DNA of 64,000 nt, from assembly GCA_963813785.1 (NCBI GenBank), contig CAWFAJ010000010.1, forward strand, positions 86,475-150,474. Direction: 5' to 3'. The translations under genes and the position numbers were made by a program. Below are positions 1 through 9,600 of the stretch, piece by piece. Source of the stretch: an uncultured delta proteobacterium. Lineage in GTDB: Bacteria; Desulfobacterota; Binatia; Binatales; Binataceae. Position 1 is the stretch's first letter. Every line of letters begins with the position of its first letter. The notes under the pieces were generated by a model. The model was not told the origin of the DNA. It made no database searches and saw only the letters and a program-made list of their open reading frames with translations.

Positions 1-51
1 GGCTGGAGTGCTCGGCGCTCCAGCGAAGAGCGCGAAGCGTTAACTGCGGTT

Positions 52-501
52 TTACGTGGTTCGCGACAGCTGAACCGGCTGGACCGCATCCCGCTTGAAG
101 CCCAACGCCTTATAGAAATTCTCGGCGCCAGCGTTGTCGGCTAGAACCCACACGGTGCTGATCCGATGTTCGGTCATCCAGGTAACCATTGCCGCGATTA
201 GAGCTCTTCCGACGCCGCGTCGCCGATAGCCGTCCCGCACGCCAATTTCGTACAACATCACTTGGTACGGTCCGTCTGCGCGTCTGCGCTGGACGTGGCA
301 TAATAAGTGCCCCACTGCGACGCGGTTTTCTTCCGCAACCCAATGCAGGACATCAGCGTCACTCAAGTAGGCACGCGCGTCCGAAAGGCTTAGCGGCGTA
401 CGTGGGGACCCGCGGCCTTCCAAGTCGTAGGCGGCGTCCTGCCGTGCCAGAAGTTCTAATAACGGCTCGTCACCAAGCCCCAGTCTGCGTACTGCGATCA
501 T
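52..501 (-). CDS. GNAT family N-acetyltransferase
   Basis: 149 aa; acetyl-CoA motif A 'IGVRDGYRRRGVGRALI' and motif B 'NAGAENFYKALGF'. Confidence 0.88.
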   Translation of the reverse strand: MIAVRRLGLGDEPLLELLARQDAAYDLEGRGSPRTPLSLSDARAYLSDADVLHWVAEENRVAVGHLLCHVQRRRADGPYQVMLYEIGVRDGYRRRGVGRALIAAMVTWMTEHRISTVWVLADNAGAENFYKALGFKRDAVQPVQLSRTT

Positions 502-698
502 GCTCGTTCAGATGTTAGTCCCGCGATCGCTGGATCGTCCAGGCTCCACATTGACGCTAGCTTGCCCTCTCGACTTTTCGCACGGGCACTCGTCAACGAG
601 CACGATTGTGATCCTCACGAGCATCAGGGGGCCTATAACTAAACAGAGCGGCGAGGGGGAGGGTCCCTCTCGCGCTCCCCCTGTCAAGAGCGCCCCTA

Positions 699-763
699 AG
701 GTGGGTCAGTTTTACTTCGGCGACTCCCCGCCATAGTGGGTCAATATTCAACCGGCGTTGACA
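699..763. mobile_element. Solo IS21-family terminal end (no transposase in window)
   Basis: Minus strand reads TGTCAACGCCGGTTGAATATTGACCCACT...GTAAAACTGACCCACC: a 5'-TG terminus plus two reiterated TGACCCAC boxes, the architecture typical of IS21 ends. Confidence 0.7.
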
Positions 764-992
764 GCGCGGTGGACTGCTACATGGACGGAGTGCTGGCGGA
801 TCCCATCTTGCTGGTCTGCTTTGAATCCGGGTTGCGATTTCGGGGTTAGGGACAGGGTTTGCGGCGCGTCGGACAATTGCGCCGCAGTTGTCCCTCACCT
901 AACCTCTCCCGATACAGGACGAAGGGATTTTAAGAGAAAGAGTCGGGGCCGGGGACGCCGCTATCTTCCGAGGGTTGGTTGCGCGTGCGCCC

Positions 993-1400
993 TTACTTAT
1001 CCTTGAACTCCCACATGCGCGCCTCGCCCTGCGGGTTTTCCCGGGTGGATCTCGCGTAAGGGCCATCGTTATCCTCGTACAGCGAGGTCCATTGTTCGGA
1101 CCAGTCGGCCTCATCGGGATTCAGGACGATCTCATTGCCGTAGTAGCCGCCCCCGTAGAAGCCGTTCCCGTAGGGCGGGTAATAAGGGAAGCTCTGATAG
1201 GGGCCATAGAATCGGCGGTTGTGCTGATTAAGACCCGCCCGATGCCCCATGCCAGCGTGATTGGCAGCGTGGCTTGCGGCGTGCGCAGAGGATCCGTGCG
1301 CGGCACCATTTGATGTGCCGGCACCGGCGCCGGCAGGGCCAGCGATTGCGAGCGCCATAGCCGCAAACATCACGACGGTAATTAATTTCATGGCTTTCAT
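993..1400 (-). CDS. Secreted hypothetical protein, Gly/His/Tyr-rich low complexity
   Basis: Start re-assigned to ATG 1400 (MKAMKLITVVMFAAMALAIAG..., signal-peptide-like); no family recognised. Confidence 0.6.
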   Translation of the reverse strand: MKAMKLITVVMFAAMALAIAGPAGAGAGTSNGAAHGSSAHAASHAANHAGMGHRAGLNQHNRRFYGPYQSFPYYPPYGNGFYGGGYYGNEIVLNPDEADWSEQWTSLYEDNDGPYARSTRENPQGEARMWEFKDK

Positions 1401-1460
1401 TGCGATTAACCCCGTTAACGCAACTATATCATACGGCGGCACGAAGCGGCAGCGCAGCGG

Positions 1461-2693
1461 TCAACCCAGGGCGCGGGTGAATTCGTCGAGCAGATCGCGC
1501 CAGTGCTCGGTACCGACCGAGATGCGCACCAGCGAGTCGTTGATTCCGGCGGCAGAAAATTCCTCGGGCGAAAGCTCGCTGTGGGTGGTCGTCATCGGAT
1601 GGCATACGAGAGTTTCGACGCCGCCGAGGCTGACGGCGTTCTTGGCGATCTTCAAACGGCGCAGGAATTCGAAGGCGCCGGTCTTGCCGCCTTCAACCTC
1701 GAGCGACATGAGCGAGCCCGGGTAGTCGGTTTGCGCGTCGCGAATCCTCATCTGGGCGTCGTCGGTGAAGAGGGAAGGGTAGATGAGGCGTTTGACGCGT
1801 GGATGTTTGGCCAACTGCTCGGCGATTCGCTGTGCGTTCTTGCTTTGCCGGTTCATCCGCAGCGTGACGGTCGAAAGCCGCGAATCGAGCATCCAGCATT
1901 CGTCCGCCTGCAGGATGTTGCCGAGCAGCGCGCGGACTCCGCTCAAGGTCTCGATCAATTCCGCGTCCGTCGCCAGCACCGCGCCGGCAAGCAAGTCGCT
2001 GAATCCGCCGAGGAACTTGGTCGCCGAATAAATCACGAGGTCTGCGCCGTGAATCAGCGGATGCTGAAAGGTCGGACCAAGCAGAGTGTTGTCGATGGCG
2101 AGCAAGGGGCGCCTGGGCTTGCGGCGGACGGCGGCGGCCGCTTGCGCGATATCGGTCATCATGAGGGTGGGATTGGCGGGAGTCTCGATCAGAACGAGGC
2201 TCGGATTGTCCGCCTGTTCAATCGCCTCGGTCAGCGCGTTGCCATTGCCCGCGGGCACCCCGCGCGCGTCGAAACCGAGCGGTTCGATTATCTGGTGGAT
2301 CAAGTGCTGGCTGCCGCCATACAGCGGCTGCGTGTAGATGAGCGAACCGCCTCGTTCCAGGAACGCGAGCATCACGGTAAAGATCGCAGCCATGCCGGAA
2401 TTGAAGACGGCCGCGGAGTTGGCGCCGCGCTCGAGCGGGACGAGTTGTTGCTCGAGGATTTCGGCGTTGGGATGGTTCAGGCGCGCATAGATGAGGTCGG
2501 GACGATCGTCGCCGAGCGGATGGATTTTTCCAAGCACAATTCCAAAGGCACGCTCGGCCGCCTCGGGACTTGGAAATACGAACGTTGAACTGCGATAGAC
2601 CGGCGGTCTGGCCGAGCCGACCGACAACTTCGGGTCGAAGCCCCTGGTCAGCACGGCAGTTTCGGGGCGCACGCGATAGGAAATCTTGCGCAT
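1461..2693 (-). CDS. PLP-dependent Cys/Met metabolism enzyme (methionine gamma-lyase / cystathionine gamma-synthase family)
   Basis: YARLNHPN, SGMAAI, ETPANP, IDNT, PLP lysine motif SATKFLGG, VSLGG, RISVG. Confidence 0.92.
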   Translation of the reverse strand: MRKISYRVRPETAVLTRGFDPKLSVGSARPPVYRSSTFVFPSPEAAERAFGIVLGKIHPLGDDRPDLIYARLNHPNAEILEQQLVPLERGANSAAVFNSGMAAIFTVMLAFLERGGSLIYTQPLYGGSQHLIHQIIEPLGFDARGVPAGNGNALTEAIEQADNPSLVLIETPANPTLMMTDIAQAAAAVRRKPRRPLLAIDNTLLGPTFQHPLIHGADLVIYSATKFLGGFSDLLAGAVLATDAELIETLSGVRALLGNILQADECWMLDSRLSTVTLRMNRQSKNAQRIAEQLAKHPRVKRLIYPSLFTDDAQMRIRDAQTDYPGSLMSLEVEGGKTGAFEFLRRLKIAKNAVSLGGVETLVCHPMTTTHSELSPEEFSAAGINDSLVRISVGTEHWRDLLDEFTRALG

Positions 2694-2762
2694 AGGTATT
2701 TACTCCAGACGAATCCCCGTGTCAGCGATTCTCGTTGGCATTGCGCACGGAGAGGATCACTT

Positions 2763-2793
2763 CTTATCAACTAGCCGCGGCCGGCGACACTGG
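2763..2793. repeat. Direct repeat copy 1 (duplicate of MFS gene 3' end)
   Basis: CTTATCAACTAGCCGCGGCCGGCGACACTGG, 28/31 identical to 3877-3907. Confidence 0.8.
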
Positions 2794-2899
2794 CAGCGGC
2801 CTTGGGGATGGGCGTGATGCCGCAGGAATTGCGGCACAGCGTATCGTGAGTTGCGCGCGCAGTTATCCGCGCGCAGGTGGAACAAGGGGGGCAGACTGG

Positions 2900-3571
2900 C
2901 TAGCGCCAGCTTCGGCTCGGTCTGACTTTGAAGCGGCGGTAACCTCTGCGGGATCTGAGGTACACCGAAACCGCAATGCCTGCCACGAGCAGAGCTTCGA
3001 CCAAGAGCAGAATGTTGAACCGGTCGAGATTGCTGAACCAGGCAGCCGAAGGAGCAGCGTGGCCCAAGGGCATTGCGACGCTGTTCAGGAAGCTACTGCG
3101 CCAGCGCGACATCGCGACCAGGGAAAACCCCGCCAGCCCCACGACTATGGCGATCGTCCACAAAAGAATGCCGAACCGCTCGGAGCCGCGGCGACGAACC
3201 AACCCCTGAAGCGAACCCGACTGCCCGGGCGCGACGGCGCCAGCGAGACGAAGCAACATATGGCGGCGGTCCGGGGGGATGGGATCTTCTTCCATATCCT
3301 CGGGCAGAGCCGGCTGAGGGAAGAGGATCGTCTGATCGATGAAACCGCCCGACGCGGGGGCGCCCGCCGCGCGAATCTGTTGCAAGATGAAAAGCATATC
3401 CTGCTTGCAGGTCAGAGTTCCTAACAGCGCGCATTTCGACAGCGCCTCGAGCTCCTCAGAGGTTATACTGAGGCGCTCGATGAGTTCATGGTCACTTCGG
3501 ATCTCATCGAGGATCTCGCCATATTCAGACGGCACGACGGCCAGAAGATCTTGTGTGTGCTCTTTCATCAT
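2900..3571 (-). CDS. Hypothetical membrane protein with two C-terminal TM helices
   Basis: Soluble helical N-terminus, Pro/acidic linker, hydrophobic segments FGILLWTIAIVVGLAGFSLV and ILLLVEALLVAGIAVSVYL, basic tail; start uncertain (3568-3598). Confidence 0.65.
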   Translation of the reverse strand: MMKEHTQDLLAVVPSEYGEILDEIRSDHELIERLSITSEELEALSKCALLGTLTCKQDMLFILQQIRAAGAPASGGFIDQTILFPQPALPEDMEEDPIPPDRRHMLLRLAGAVAPGQSGSLQGLVRRRGSERFGILLWTIAIVVGLAGFSLVAMSRWRSSFLNSVAMPLGHAAPSAAWFSNLDRFNILLLVEALLVAGIAVSVYLRSRRGYRRFKVRPSRSWR

Positions 3572-3680
3572 GGTTAACATAGGCACAGAACAGGCCACAA
3601 AGCAAGACTAAGGATGTCGTGAGTAATATAGGATATTATAACGTCTATAAACAGCCTGAAAGGGACTGATAGATTGAGCA

Positions 3681-3707
3681 TACAGTAAGAAATACCTACC
3701 TACTGTA
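3681..3707. promoter_or_regulatory. Palindromic operator candidate in AT-rich upstream region
   Basis: TACAGTA-N13-TACTGTA perfect 7-bp inverted repeat, ~110 bp upstream of the 2900-3571 gene. Confidence 0.4.
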
Positions 3708-3831
3708 AGTTTAGGAATTTCAGATACAGCCTCGATGTAGGAAAATTGTACTTTGCGTACGGCTTGCGGTCTTCGCGCCGGAGCAACCGCGCAAGCATCG
3801 AAACCGGAAAAAGGCGCGAGTGGAATTTTCT

Positions 3832-3870
3832 AAAAAGTGCCCCGGCGGGCACGGGCCCGCCCGTCGCGCA
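3832..3870 (-). terminator. Rho-independent terminator after MFS gene
   Basis: GC stem (tgcccggcgggc / gcccgtcgcgca) followed on minus strand by CTTTTTA. Confidence 0.6.
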
Positions 3871-3876
3871 TCATTG

Positions 3877-3907
3877 CTTATCAACTAGCGGCGGTCGGCG
3901 ACACCGG
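3877..3907. repeat. Direct repeat copy 2 (spans MFS stop codon)
   Basis: CTTATCAACTAGCGGCGGTCGGCGACACCGG, 28/31 identical to 2763-2793. Confidence 0.8.
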
Positions 3908-5666
3908 ATTCGACCACGGCCGTGGGGGCGCCCTCGCGGAGAGCTTCGAAGACCTGGCCGAGATGGGCGCGGACGGCGTCGGCCGGCACCTCGCCGGCGG
4001 CAAGCCGGCGCGCAGGTCCAAGGCGCATGAGGTGAAAAACGAATATCGCGAACGCCAGCCCGGCGGTCACCACGATCAGCGAAGTTATCGCGCCGGGATC
4101 GGTGCGGAGCGAGGTGACGCGGCGCAGCACATAGATGACCGAAAGCATCGAGACTCCGATCGACAGCGCAGCCACGGTGAGCACGTCGCGCATCGGCCGC
4201 GAAGGTCCCATCGCGAGATAGCGCTTCAACTCGCCGACGGAGAAGTAGTCCAGGAACCAGCCCACATCCTCGTCGTGGCCGGCTTTCGGCGCCGGCACCA
4301 TCAGGCCCGTCATCGGATCGAGTGCTGGATTGCCGCGTTCGTGACGCTCGATGCCTTCGAGGATCGTGTTGTGGATCGCCTCGGTCATCGGGAACTTGCG
4401 CGCGATGAGGTATGAAAGCATCGAGCAAACCGCGGGGCCCAGCGCGAAGATGGCCCTGATCGCGAAGACCACCCGAGGCGTCTGTACGGCGTTGGGTATG
4501 TAGCCGAGCGAGGCAAGCACCGCGATGGGAATGGCGGCGCTGGGAATCGCGACGAACTTGGGGAGCATCGACCAGAAGGCGGTGTACTGCGCCTCGCGCC
4601 GCTTGCCGGTGTAGAGCTCGTCGTAGTCGATTACGTCGGCCTGCATCGAAGGCGTCAGGAACAAGCCGGCGCCGAGCCCGATACCGGCCCAGCAAATCAG
4701 CACCAGCAGCAACCAGGTGTCGCCGGGCCCGAGCAGGAACATCGCGCCGCCGCCGGTGATGCCGAGGAAAAAGCTGGCAAGATACGCGTTGAGCTTTCCG
4801 ACTCGGCGCGCAATCGCAAGCCAGACCGGCACCGACACAAATGCGAATGCAAAATAACCCAGCAGCAACATCGAGAGCCAGAAAGTGGGATTGGGCGGGC
4901 GGATCACGTAGGCGTTGAAGAACGGCATCATCGTGGCGGGGATCGCGCCGCTGATGCTCGACACGACGTAGCTGCCGAGCAGAATCGCGAACGGGCGATT
5001 GCGCAGCGCCCGCCTGACGCCGGGCACGAGCGGATTGGACTGGCGGGTGACGAAATCGGGGCGCTCCTTCACGGTCAGCACCAGCAAGCCGTAGAGCACA
5101 CTGAGCATAACGCCGAAGAAGATTCCGAGGCGGAAGAACACCTGCCGCTCGGTCATGTGGAACGCCTGCATCATGACGCCGGGGGCCGCTGCGGCCACGA
5201 TCGTTCCGAGGATGGTGAAAGACTCGCGCCACGCGAACAGGCTCGAGCGCTCGTGATAATTCTGGGTGAGTTCGGGGCCGAGCGCGTAGTGCGGCAATAC
5301 ATAGATGGTGTGGAATACGAAGTAGAGAATGAAGGTAACGCCGAACCAAATCGCCGCGCGGCCGCCAGTGAACGACGCCGGCGGATTCAACAAACAGAAA
5401 AAAGCCACGCCGCAAAGGGGAGCGCCAAACAGCATGTAGGGCCTGCGGCGGCCAAGGCGGGTGTGCGTGTGATCGGAGATCCAGCCCATCAGAGGATCGC
5501 TCAGAGCGTCGAGCGAGCGCGCGATCGCGATTGCCATCGCCAGGTATCCCAGCGGCACCAGCACCACGTCGGCATAGAACTTCGGCATGTGGATGAAGAT
5601 CGGGATGATCATAGCGGCGCCGGCGAAACTGGGGGCGCCGTAGAGAAGCTTGATCCTGAGAGGCAA
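3885..5666 (-). CDS. MFS transporter, GPH (MelB-like) cation symporter family, with C-terminal extension
   Basis: DALSDPLMGWISDHTHTRLGRRRP, ELTQNYHERSSL, ADVIDYDELYTGKRRE motifs; ~140 extra aa with 2 further TM segments. Confidence 0.9.
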   Translation of the reverse strand: MPLRIKLLYGAPSFAGAAMIIPIFIHMPKFYADVVLVPLGYLAMAIAIARSLDALSDPLMGWISDHTHTRLGRRRPYMLFGAPLCGVAFFCLLNPPASFTGGRAAIWFGVTFILYFVFHTIYVLPHYALGPELTQNYHERSSLFAWRESFTILGTIVAAAAPGVMMQAFHMTERQVFFRLGIFFGVMLSVLYGLLVLTVKERPDFVTRQSNPLVPGVRRALRNRPFAILLGSYVVSSISGAIPATMMPFFNAYVIRPPNPTFWLSMLLLGYFAFAFVSVPVWLAIARRVGKLNAYLASFFLGITGGGAMFLLGPGDTWLLLVLICWAGIGLGAGLFLTPSMQADVIDYDELYTGKRREAQYTAFWSMLPKFVAIPSAAIPIAVLASLGYIPNAVQTPRVVFAIRAIFALGPAVCSMLSYLIARKFPMTEAIHNTILEGIERHERGNPALDPMTGLMVPAPKAGHDEDVGWFLDYFSVGELKRYLAMGPSRPMRDVLTVAALSIGVSMLSVIYVLRRVTSLRTDPGAITSLIVVTAGLAFAIFVFHLMRLGPARRLAAGEVPADAVRAHLGQVFEALREGAPTAVVESGVADRR

Positions 5667-5812
5667 TGGCTCGGAGCTGTGTGCGGCAGGGCTGCAGCGC
5701 CAATTTTCGCTCCTGCTGGACCCATCAAGATCTCCGGACTTATCCGCGCGACTGGAAATGTGATGTTAGATTACTTGCCTGCTGGAGGGGAATGACGAAA
5801 ATTCCCGATTGA

Positions 5813-7000
5813 TCAGACTGCATTGCCCGCGCACCATCCGCTCGACCAGGCCCACTGGAAATTGTAGCCGCCGAGCCATCCGGTTACGTCCACCGCTTCG
5901 CCGATCGCGTATAGGCCGGGAACGGCGCGCGCCTCCATGGTCTTGGAAGACAGCGCGGCGGTGTCGATTCCGGCGACGGTCACCTCGGCTTTGGGCCATC
6001 CCTCGGAACCTGCCGGCTTGAGCTGCCATCGTCTGAGTCGATCCGCGAGTTCGGAAAGGCTGCGGTCCGGGATATTCGCGATGGGAAGATTGGACGCCGC
6101 AGCACCGGCAAGAGCATGCGCCAGGCGAGTCGGAATCACCTCGGCCATCACGGTTTTTAGTTCGGCCTTGGGCCGCGTGCGCTTTCGGTCCGCGAGGAAG
6201 CTTTCGATATCCAATGAAGGCGCAAGATCGAGAGACAGCGTGTCGCCATCGCGCCAGTAGGACGAAATCTGCAAAATCGCAGGACCTGAGAGACCGCGAT
6301 GCGTGAATAAAATGCTTTCGCGAAAACTGTCGCGGCCACATGAAGCGACTGCGTCCAGCGAAACGCCGGCAAGGGTTCGGCAAAGTTCGAGCGCCTCGCC
6401 GGCGACTCTCAACGGCACCAGGCCGGGGCGCGGCTCGATGACCGCAAGATCGAAGCGCCGCGCGACCTCGTAAGCGAAGCCGGTCGCGCCCATCTTTGGA
6501 ATTGAGAGGCCGCCGGTGGCGAGCACCAAAGCCGGCGCGATGAAGCCGGCTTTGTCGGTCTCGATGCGAAAGCGATCGGCGCGGGATATTTCGGTGACGC
6601 GGTGTCCGGTGCGCAAATCGACGCCGGCGGCCGCGCACTCCGCCAGCAGCATCGCGAGGATCTCGCGTGCCGATCCGTCGCAGAACAGCTGGCCGAGAGT
6701 CTTCTCGTGATAGGGAATGCGATGGCGCTCGACGAGCGCGATGAAATCGCGCTGGGTGTAACGGCTGAGCGCGGATTTGCAGAAATGCGGGTTGGCGGAA
6801 AGGAAGCGCTCCGGCGCTATTTCGAGATTGGTGAAATTGCAGCGGCCGCCGCCCGAGATGAGAATCTTGGCGCCTGGCTGATCATTATGTTCCAGCAGCA
6901 GCACGCGCCGGCCGCGATTCCCGGCCGTAATCGCGCACATCAGCCCGGCCGCTCCGGCTCCCACAATCACAACGTCGAACGATTCCATCGCCGAGGTCAT
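5813..7000 (-). CDS. HI0933/YhiN (BaiN-like) FAD-dependent oxidoreductase
   Basis: GAGAAG, GAKILISGGGRCNFTN, LFTHRGLSGPAIL, GWLGGYNFQWAWSSG; start 7000 or 6988. Confidence 0.93.
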   Translation of the reverse strand: MTSAMESFDVVIVGAGAAGLMCAITAGNRGRRVLLLEHNDQPGAKILISGGGRCNFTNLEIAPERFLSANPHFCKSALSRYTQRDFIALVERHRIPYHEKTLGQLFCDGSAREILAMLLAECAAAGVDLRTGHRVTEISRADRFRIETDKAGFIAPALVLATGGLSIPKMGATGFAYEVARRFDLAVIEPRPGLVPLRVAGEALELCRTLAGVSLDAVASCGRDSFRESILFTHRGLSGPAILQISSYWRDGDTLSLDLAPSLDIESFLADRKRTRPKAELKTVMAEVIPTRLAHALAGAAASNLPIANIPDRSLSELADRLRRWQLKPAGSEGWPKAEVTVAGIDTAALSSKTMEARAVPGLYAIGEAVDVTGWLGGYNFQWAWSSGWCAGNAV

Positions 7001-7102
7001 TAGGCGCGCCGCGCGGTGGCCGCGCAAGGCCGGCATGATGCCAAAGCGCGCGAGATTCGCTACAACAATTCACATAACGATCGAAGCCCGGTGAAGTGAA
7101 AA

Positions 7103-7888
7103 ATGGATCTTCAACTCAAAGGAAAAACGGCGCTGATTCTCGGCGGCAGCAAGGGACTCGGACGCGGCGTAGCCGACGCGCTCGCGGCCGAGGGCGTGGC
7201 GGTCGCGCTGGTGGCACGCGGCCAGGAAGGGCTGAATCGCGCGGTCTCCGAAATCACGTCGCGCGGCGCCAAGGCTGTGGGATTTGCGGCGGACCTCGCG
7301 AATTGGCCGAGCATCGAAGACGCCGCCAACGCGGCGCGCAAACAGCTCGGGGCGATCGACATCCTGCTCAACAATTCCGGCGGCCCGCCGCCGTCGGGCG
7401 TGGCCGGGGTGTCGGCCAAAGTCTGGGAGGAGCAGTTCCAGGCGATGGTGCTGCCGCTGTTTCGAATAACGGATTTGTTGCTCGGGGACATGCGCGCGCG
7501 AAAGTGGGGCCGAATCCTGAACGTGGCCTCGATGAGCGTGGTCGAGCCGATCGCTACGATCGGAGTGTCGAATACGCTGCGCAGCGCGATCGTCGGCTGG
7601 GCCAAGACGCTGGCGACGGAGACAGCGCGCGACGGAATTACCGTCAACACGCTTCTGCCGGGCCCGATTGCGACCGATCGTACGGTGCAGCTCAGCCGCG
7701 CGGCTGCGGAACGTGAGAAGATTTCCATCGAGGAAGCAATCAAGCGCAGCGCGCAGTCGATTCCGGTCGGACGGCTCGGCACGCCCGCAGAATTCGGGGC
7801 AGTGGCGGCGTTTTTGGCGAGCCCGCTGGCGGCCTACGTGACGGGTTCGTTGATTCGGGTCGACGGCGGCGCGATTCGATCAGTTTGA
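7103..7888 (+). CDS. SDR family oxidoreductase
   Basis: GGSKGLG, NNSGGPP, SNTLR atypical catalytic motif, VTGSLIRVDGG. Confidence 0.9.
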   Translation: MDLQLKGKTALILGGSKGLGRGVADALAAEGVAVALVARGQEGLNRAVSEITSRGAKAVGFAADLANWPSIEDAANAARKQLGAIDILLNNSGGPPPSGVAGVSAKVWEEQFQAMVLPLFRITDLLLGDMRARKWGRILNVASMSVVEPIATIGVSNTLRSAIVGWAKTLATETARDGITVNTLLPGPIATDRTVQLSRAAAEREKISIEEAIKRSAQSIPVGRLGTPAEFGAVAAFLASPLAAYVTGSLIRVDGGAIRSV

Positions 7889-7904
7889 GGATGCGGATAG
7901 GGGC

Positions 7905-8858
7905 GTGGACATGAGCGATGCTCTTCCGCTGAATTCCAAAGTCAGGTTCGGCGTGCTGGCGGCGGCGGCCGATCGCGAGCACGCGCGCAGGACCGTCAGT
8001 TCGCTGTCGCAGTGGGGTTACGAAAGCATCTGGGCGGGAGATCACGTTGCGTTCATGGGTCCGATCGACGATCCGCTGACCCAGTTGACATACTTGTCCG
8101 CGCTGAACCCGAGCCTGATTTTCGGCACCAGCATCTACCTGTTGCCACTGCGTAATCCCGCGGCGGTGGCAAAGATGGTCGCGACGGTGGACCGGCTCAT
8201 GGGCGCTGGACATTTCATTTTCGGGGTCGGGGTCGGCGGTGAATTTCCCCGCGAGTACGACGCGTGCGGCGTACCGCTCAAGCAACGCGGCGGGCGCGCG
8301 AACGAGGGAATCGAAATAATCAAGCGGCTGTGGACTGGAGAACCGGTCGAGTACCACGGCAAATATTTCAACTTCGGGAAAATTACGATGCTGCCGAAAC
8401 CTCGCACTCCCGGCGGACCTCCGGTGTGGGTGGGGGGACGAGCCGAAGCCGCGCTGCGACGCGCGGCGCGGCTGGGCGACGGATGGATGCCATACGTGGT
8501 GACGCCCAAGCGGGTCGGCGAGGGACTGGAGTTCATCGCGCGCGAGGCGGAAAAGGCCGGGCGCAAGTTCGAGCGTTTCGGCACGGCGATTCATTTGTTC
8601 GTGCGGCTTGGGCCGAGCTACGAAGATGCGCTCGAGGTCACGGCAGAGCATCTGAGCAAGCGCTACGCGATGGATTTCCGCGAGCCTGCCAAGCGATACG
8701 CGGCCGTGGGAAAGGCCGCCGATGTCGCCGCGCGAATCGATGAGTTCATCAAAGCGGGAATTCGCGATGTCAACGTGGACATCGTGTCGTCTGCGGGCGA
8801 GCGCGACGTGCAGAACGAGCAGTTCGCCAGGGAAGTGATCCCGATGCTGCGGCGCTGA
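7905..8858 (+). CDS. LLM class flavin-dependent oxidoreductase
   Basis: WAGDH, FGVGVGG, GGPPVWVGG, RRAARLGDGW. Confidence 0.9.
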   Translation: MDMSDALPLNSKVRFGVLAAAADREHARRTVSSLSQWGYESIWAGDHVAFMGPIDDPLTQLTYLSALNPSLIFGTSIYLLPLRNPAAVAKMVATVDRLMGAGHFIFGVGVGGEFPREYDACGVPLKQRGGRANEGIEIIKRLWTGEPVEYHGKYFNFGKITMLPKPRTPGGPPVWVGGRAEAALRRAARLGDGWMPYVVTPKRVGEGLEFIAREAEKAGRKFERFGTAIHLFVRLGPSYEDALEVTAEHLSKRYAMDFREPAKRYAAVGKAADVAARIDEFIKAGIRDVNVDIVSSAGERDVQNEQFAREVIPMLRR

Positions 8859-8859
8859 T

Positions 8860-8887
8860 CGATGCCGCCGCCAAACTCGCGGCATCG
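8860..8887. terminator. Hairpin between convergent genes
   Basis: CGATGCCGC-N10-GCGGCATCG perfect 9-bp stem right after LLM stop; no U tract. Confidence 0.4.
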
Positions 8888-8927
8888 GCACGCAAATCGG
8901 CGGCGGCTCTAATGGCGGATAGTTCGA

Positions 8928-9362
8928 CTAATCGGTGTTCGCCGAGGTAACCACCATAAGCTGGTTATCCACGCGCACAACGCCAGTGGTTTGGCCGGCC
9001 ACCTGCCCGGCATGCTGCGCCATCTCGGGCGAAGACACATTGCCCCTGAGAGTGACGACGCCGGCGGTAGTGGTGACATGTATTCCGGAGGAACTGACAT
9101 TCTTGTCGCGCACCAACGCGGTCTTGACCTGGGCGGTGATCGTCGTGTCTTTAATCACCCGCTCGGTTCCGTGGAATGCGTCCTTCGCGGCCGCGGCGGT
9201 ATCGGAACCAACCTGCTCGACCTTGTCACCAGCCTGATGCATCGACTGACTCGCTGGCGCATTGTCGTCCTGAGCGAAAGCAGGAACCGACAAGACCATA
9301 CCGAACAGAATTGCCGGTACGATTAGTTTGAATGAGTATTTGATTTTCATAAGCCTCTTCAC
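8928..9362 (-). CDS. BON domain (OsmY-like) periplasmic protein
   Basis: Signal peptide ending AFA; DTTITAQVKTAL..IHVTTTAGVVTLRG..GVVRVDNQL; start may be 9350. Confidence 0.9.
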   Translation of the reverse strand: MKRLMKIKYSFKLIVPAILFGMVLSVPAFAQDDNAPASQSMHQAGDKVEQVGSDTAAAAKDAFHGTERVIKDTTITAQVKTALVRDKNVSSSGIHVTTTAGVVTLRGNVSSPEMAQHAGQVAGQTTGVVRVDNQLMVVTSANTD

Positions 9363-9600
9363 TGTACGAGATGTTCCAAACGCGCGGGAACCAGCTCGAT
9401 GATCCCAGCGCTGATGAACAATAGCGAGGTTGATACGGGAACAGTGGTTACCGGGGGCACGCTAAGGTGCGTATAATCGAGCTGAATCGGGGAGTTTCGG
9501 GAACGGCGCGATTATAGTTCAACGATATAGACTAGCTCGGTTGGGGCGCAGAACAAGCGTCAGCACAGAGCAGCGGCTGAAGCTCGGCAATGGCGGAGTG

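Noticed and set aside
1-520. GNAT gene as an integron cassette (GTTAACT at 39, GTTAGTC at 514, hairpin at 2-24)
   Set aside because: No properly oriented RYYYAAC...GTTRRRY attC pair with complementary arms, and no integrase visible; left context is cut off by the window edge
1503-2588. Long antisense/alternate-frame ORFs (e.g. 1503-2588+, 3871-5703-, 7740-8891-, 43940-45154+, 54384-55616+)
   Set aside because: Shadow ORFs of well-supported genes in GC-rich DNA; Arg/Pro/Gly-rich with no family motifs
9456-9470. Possible sigma54 box GGCACGCTAAGGTGC upstream of AI-2E gene
   Set aside because: GG-to-GC spacing is 11, not the strict 10
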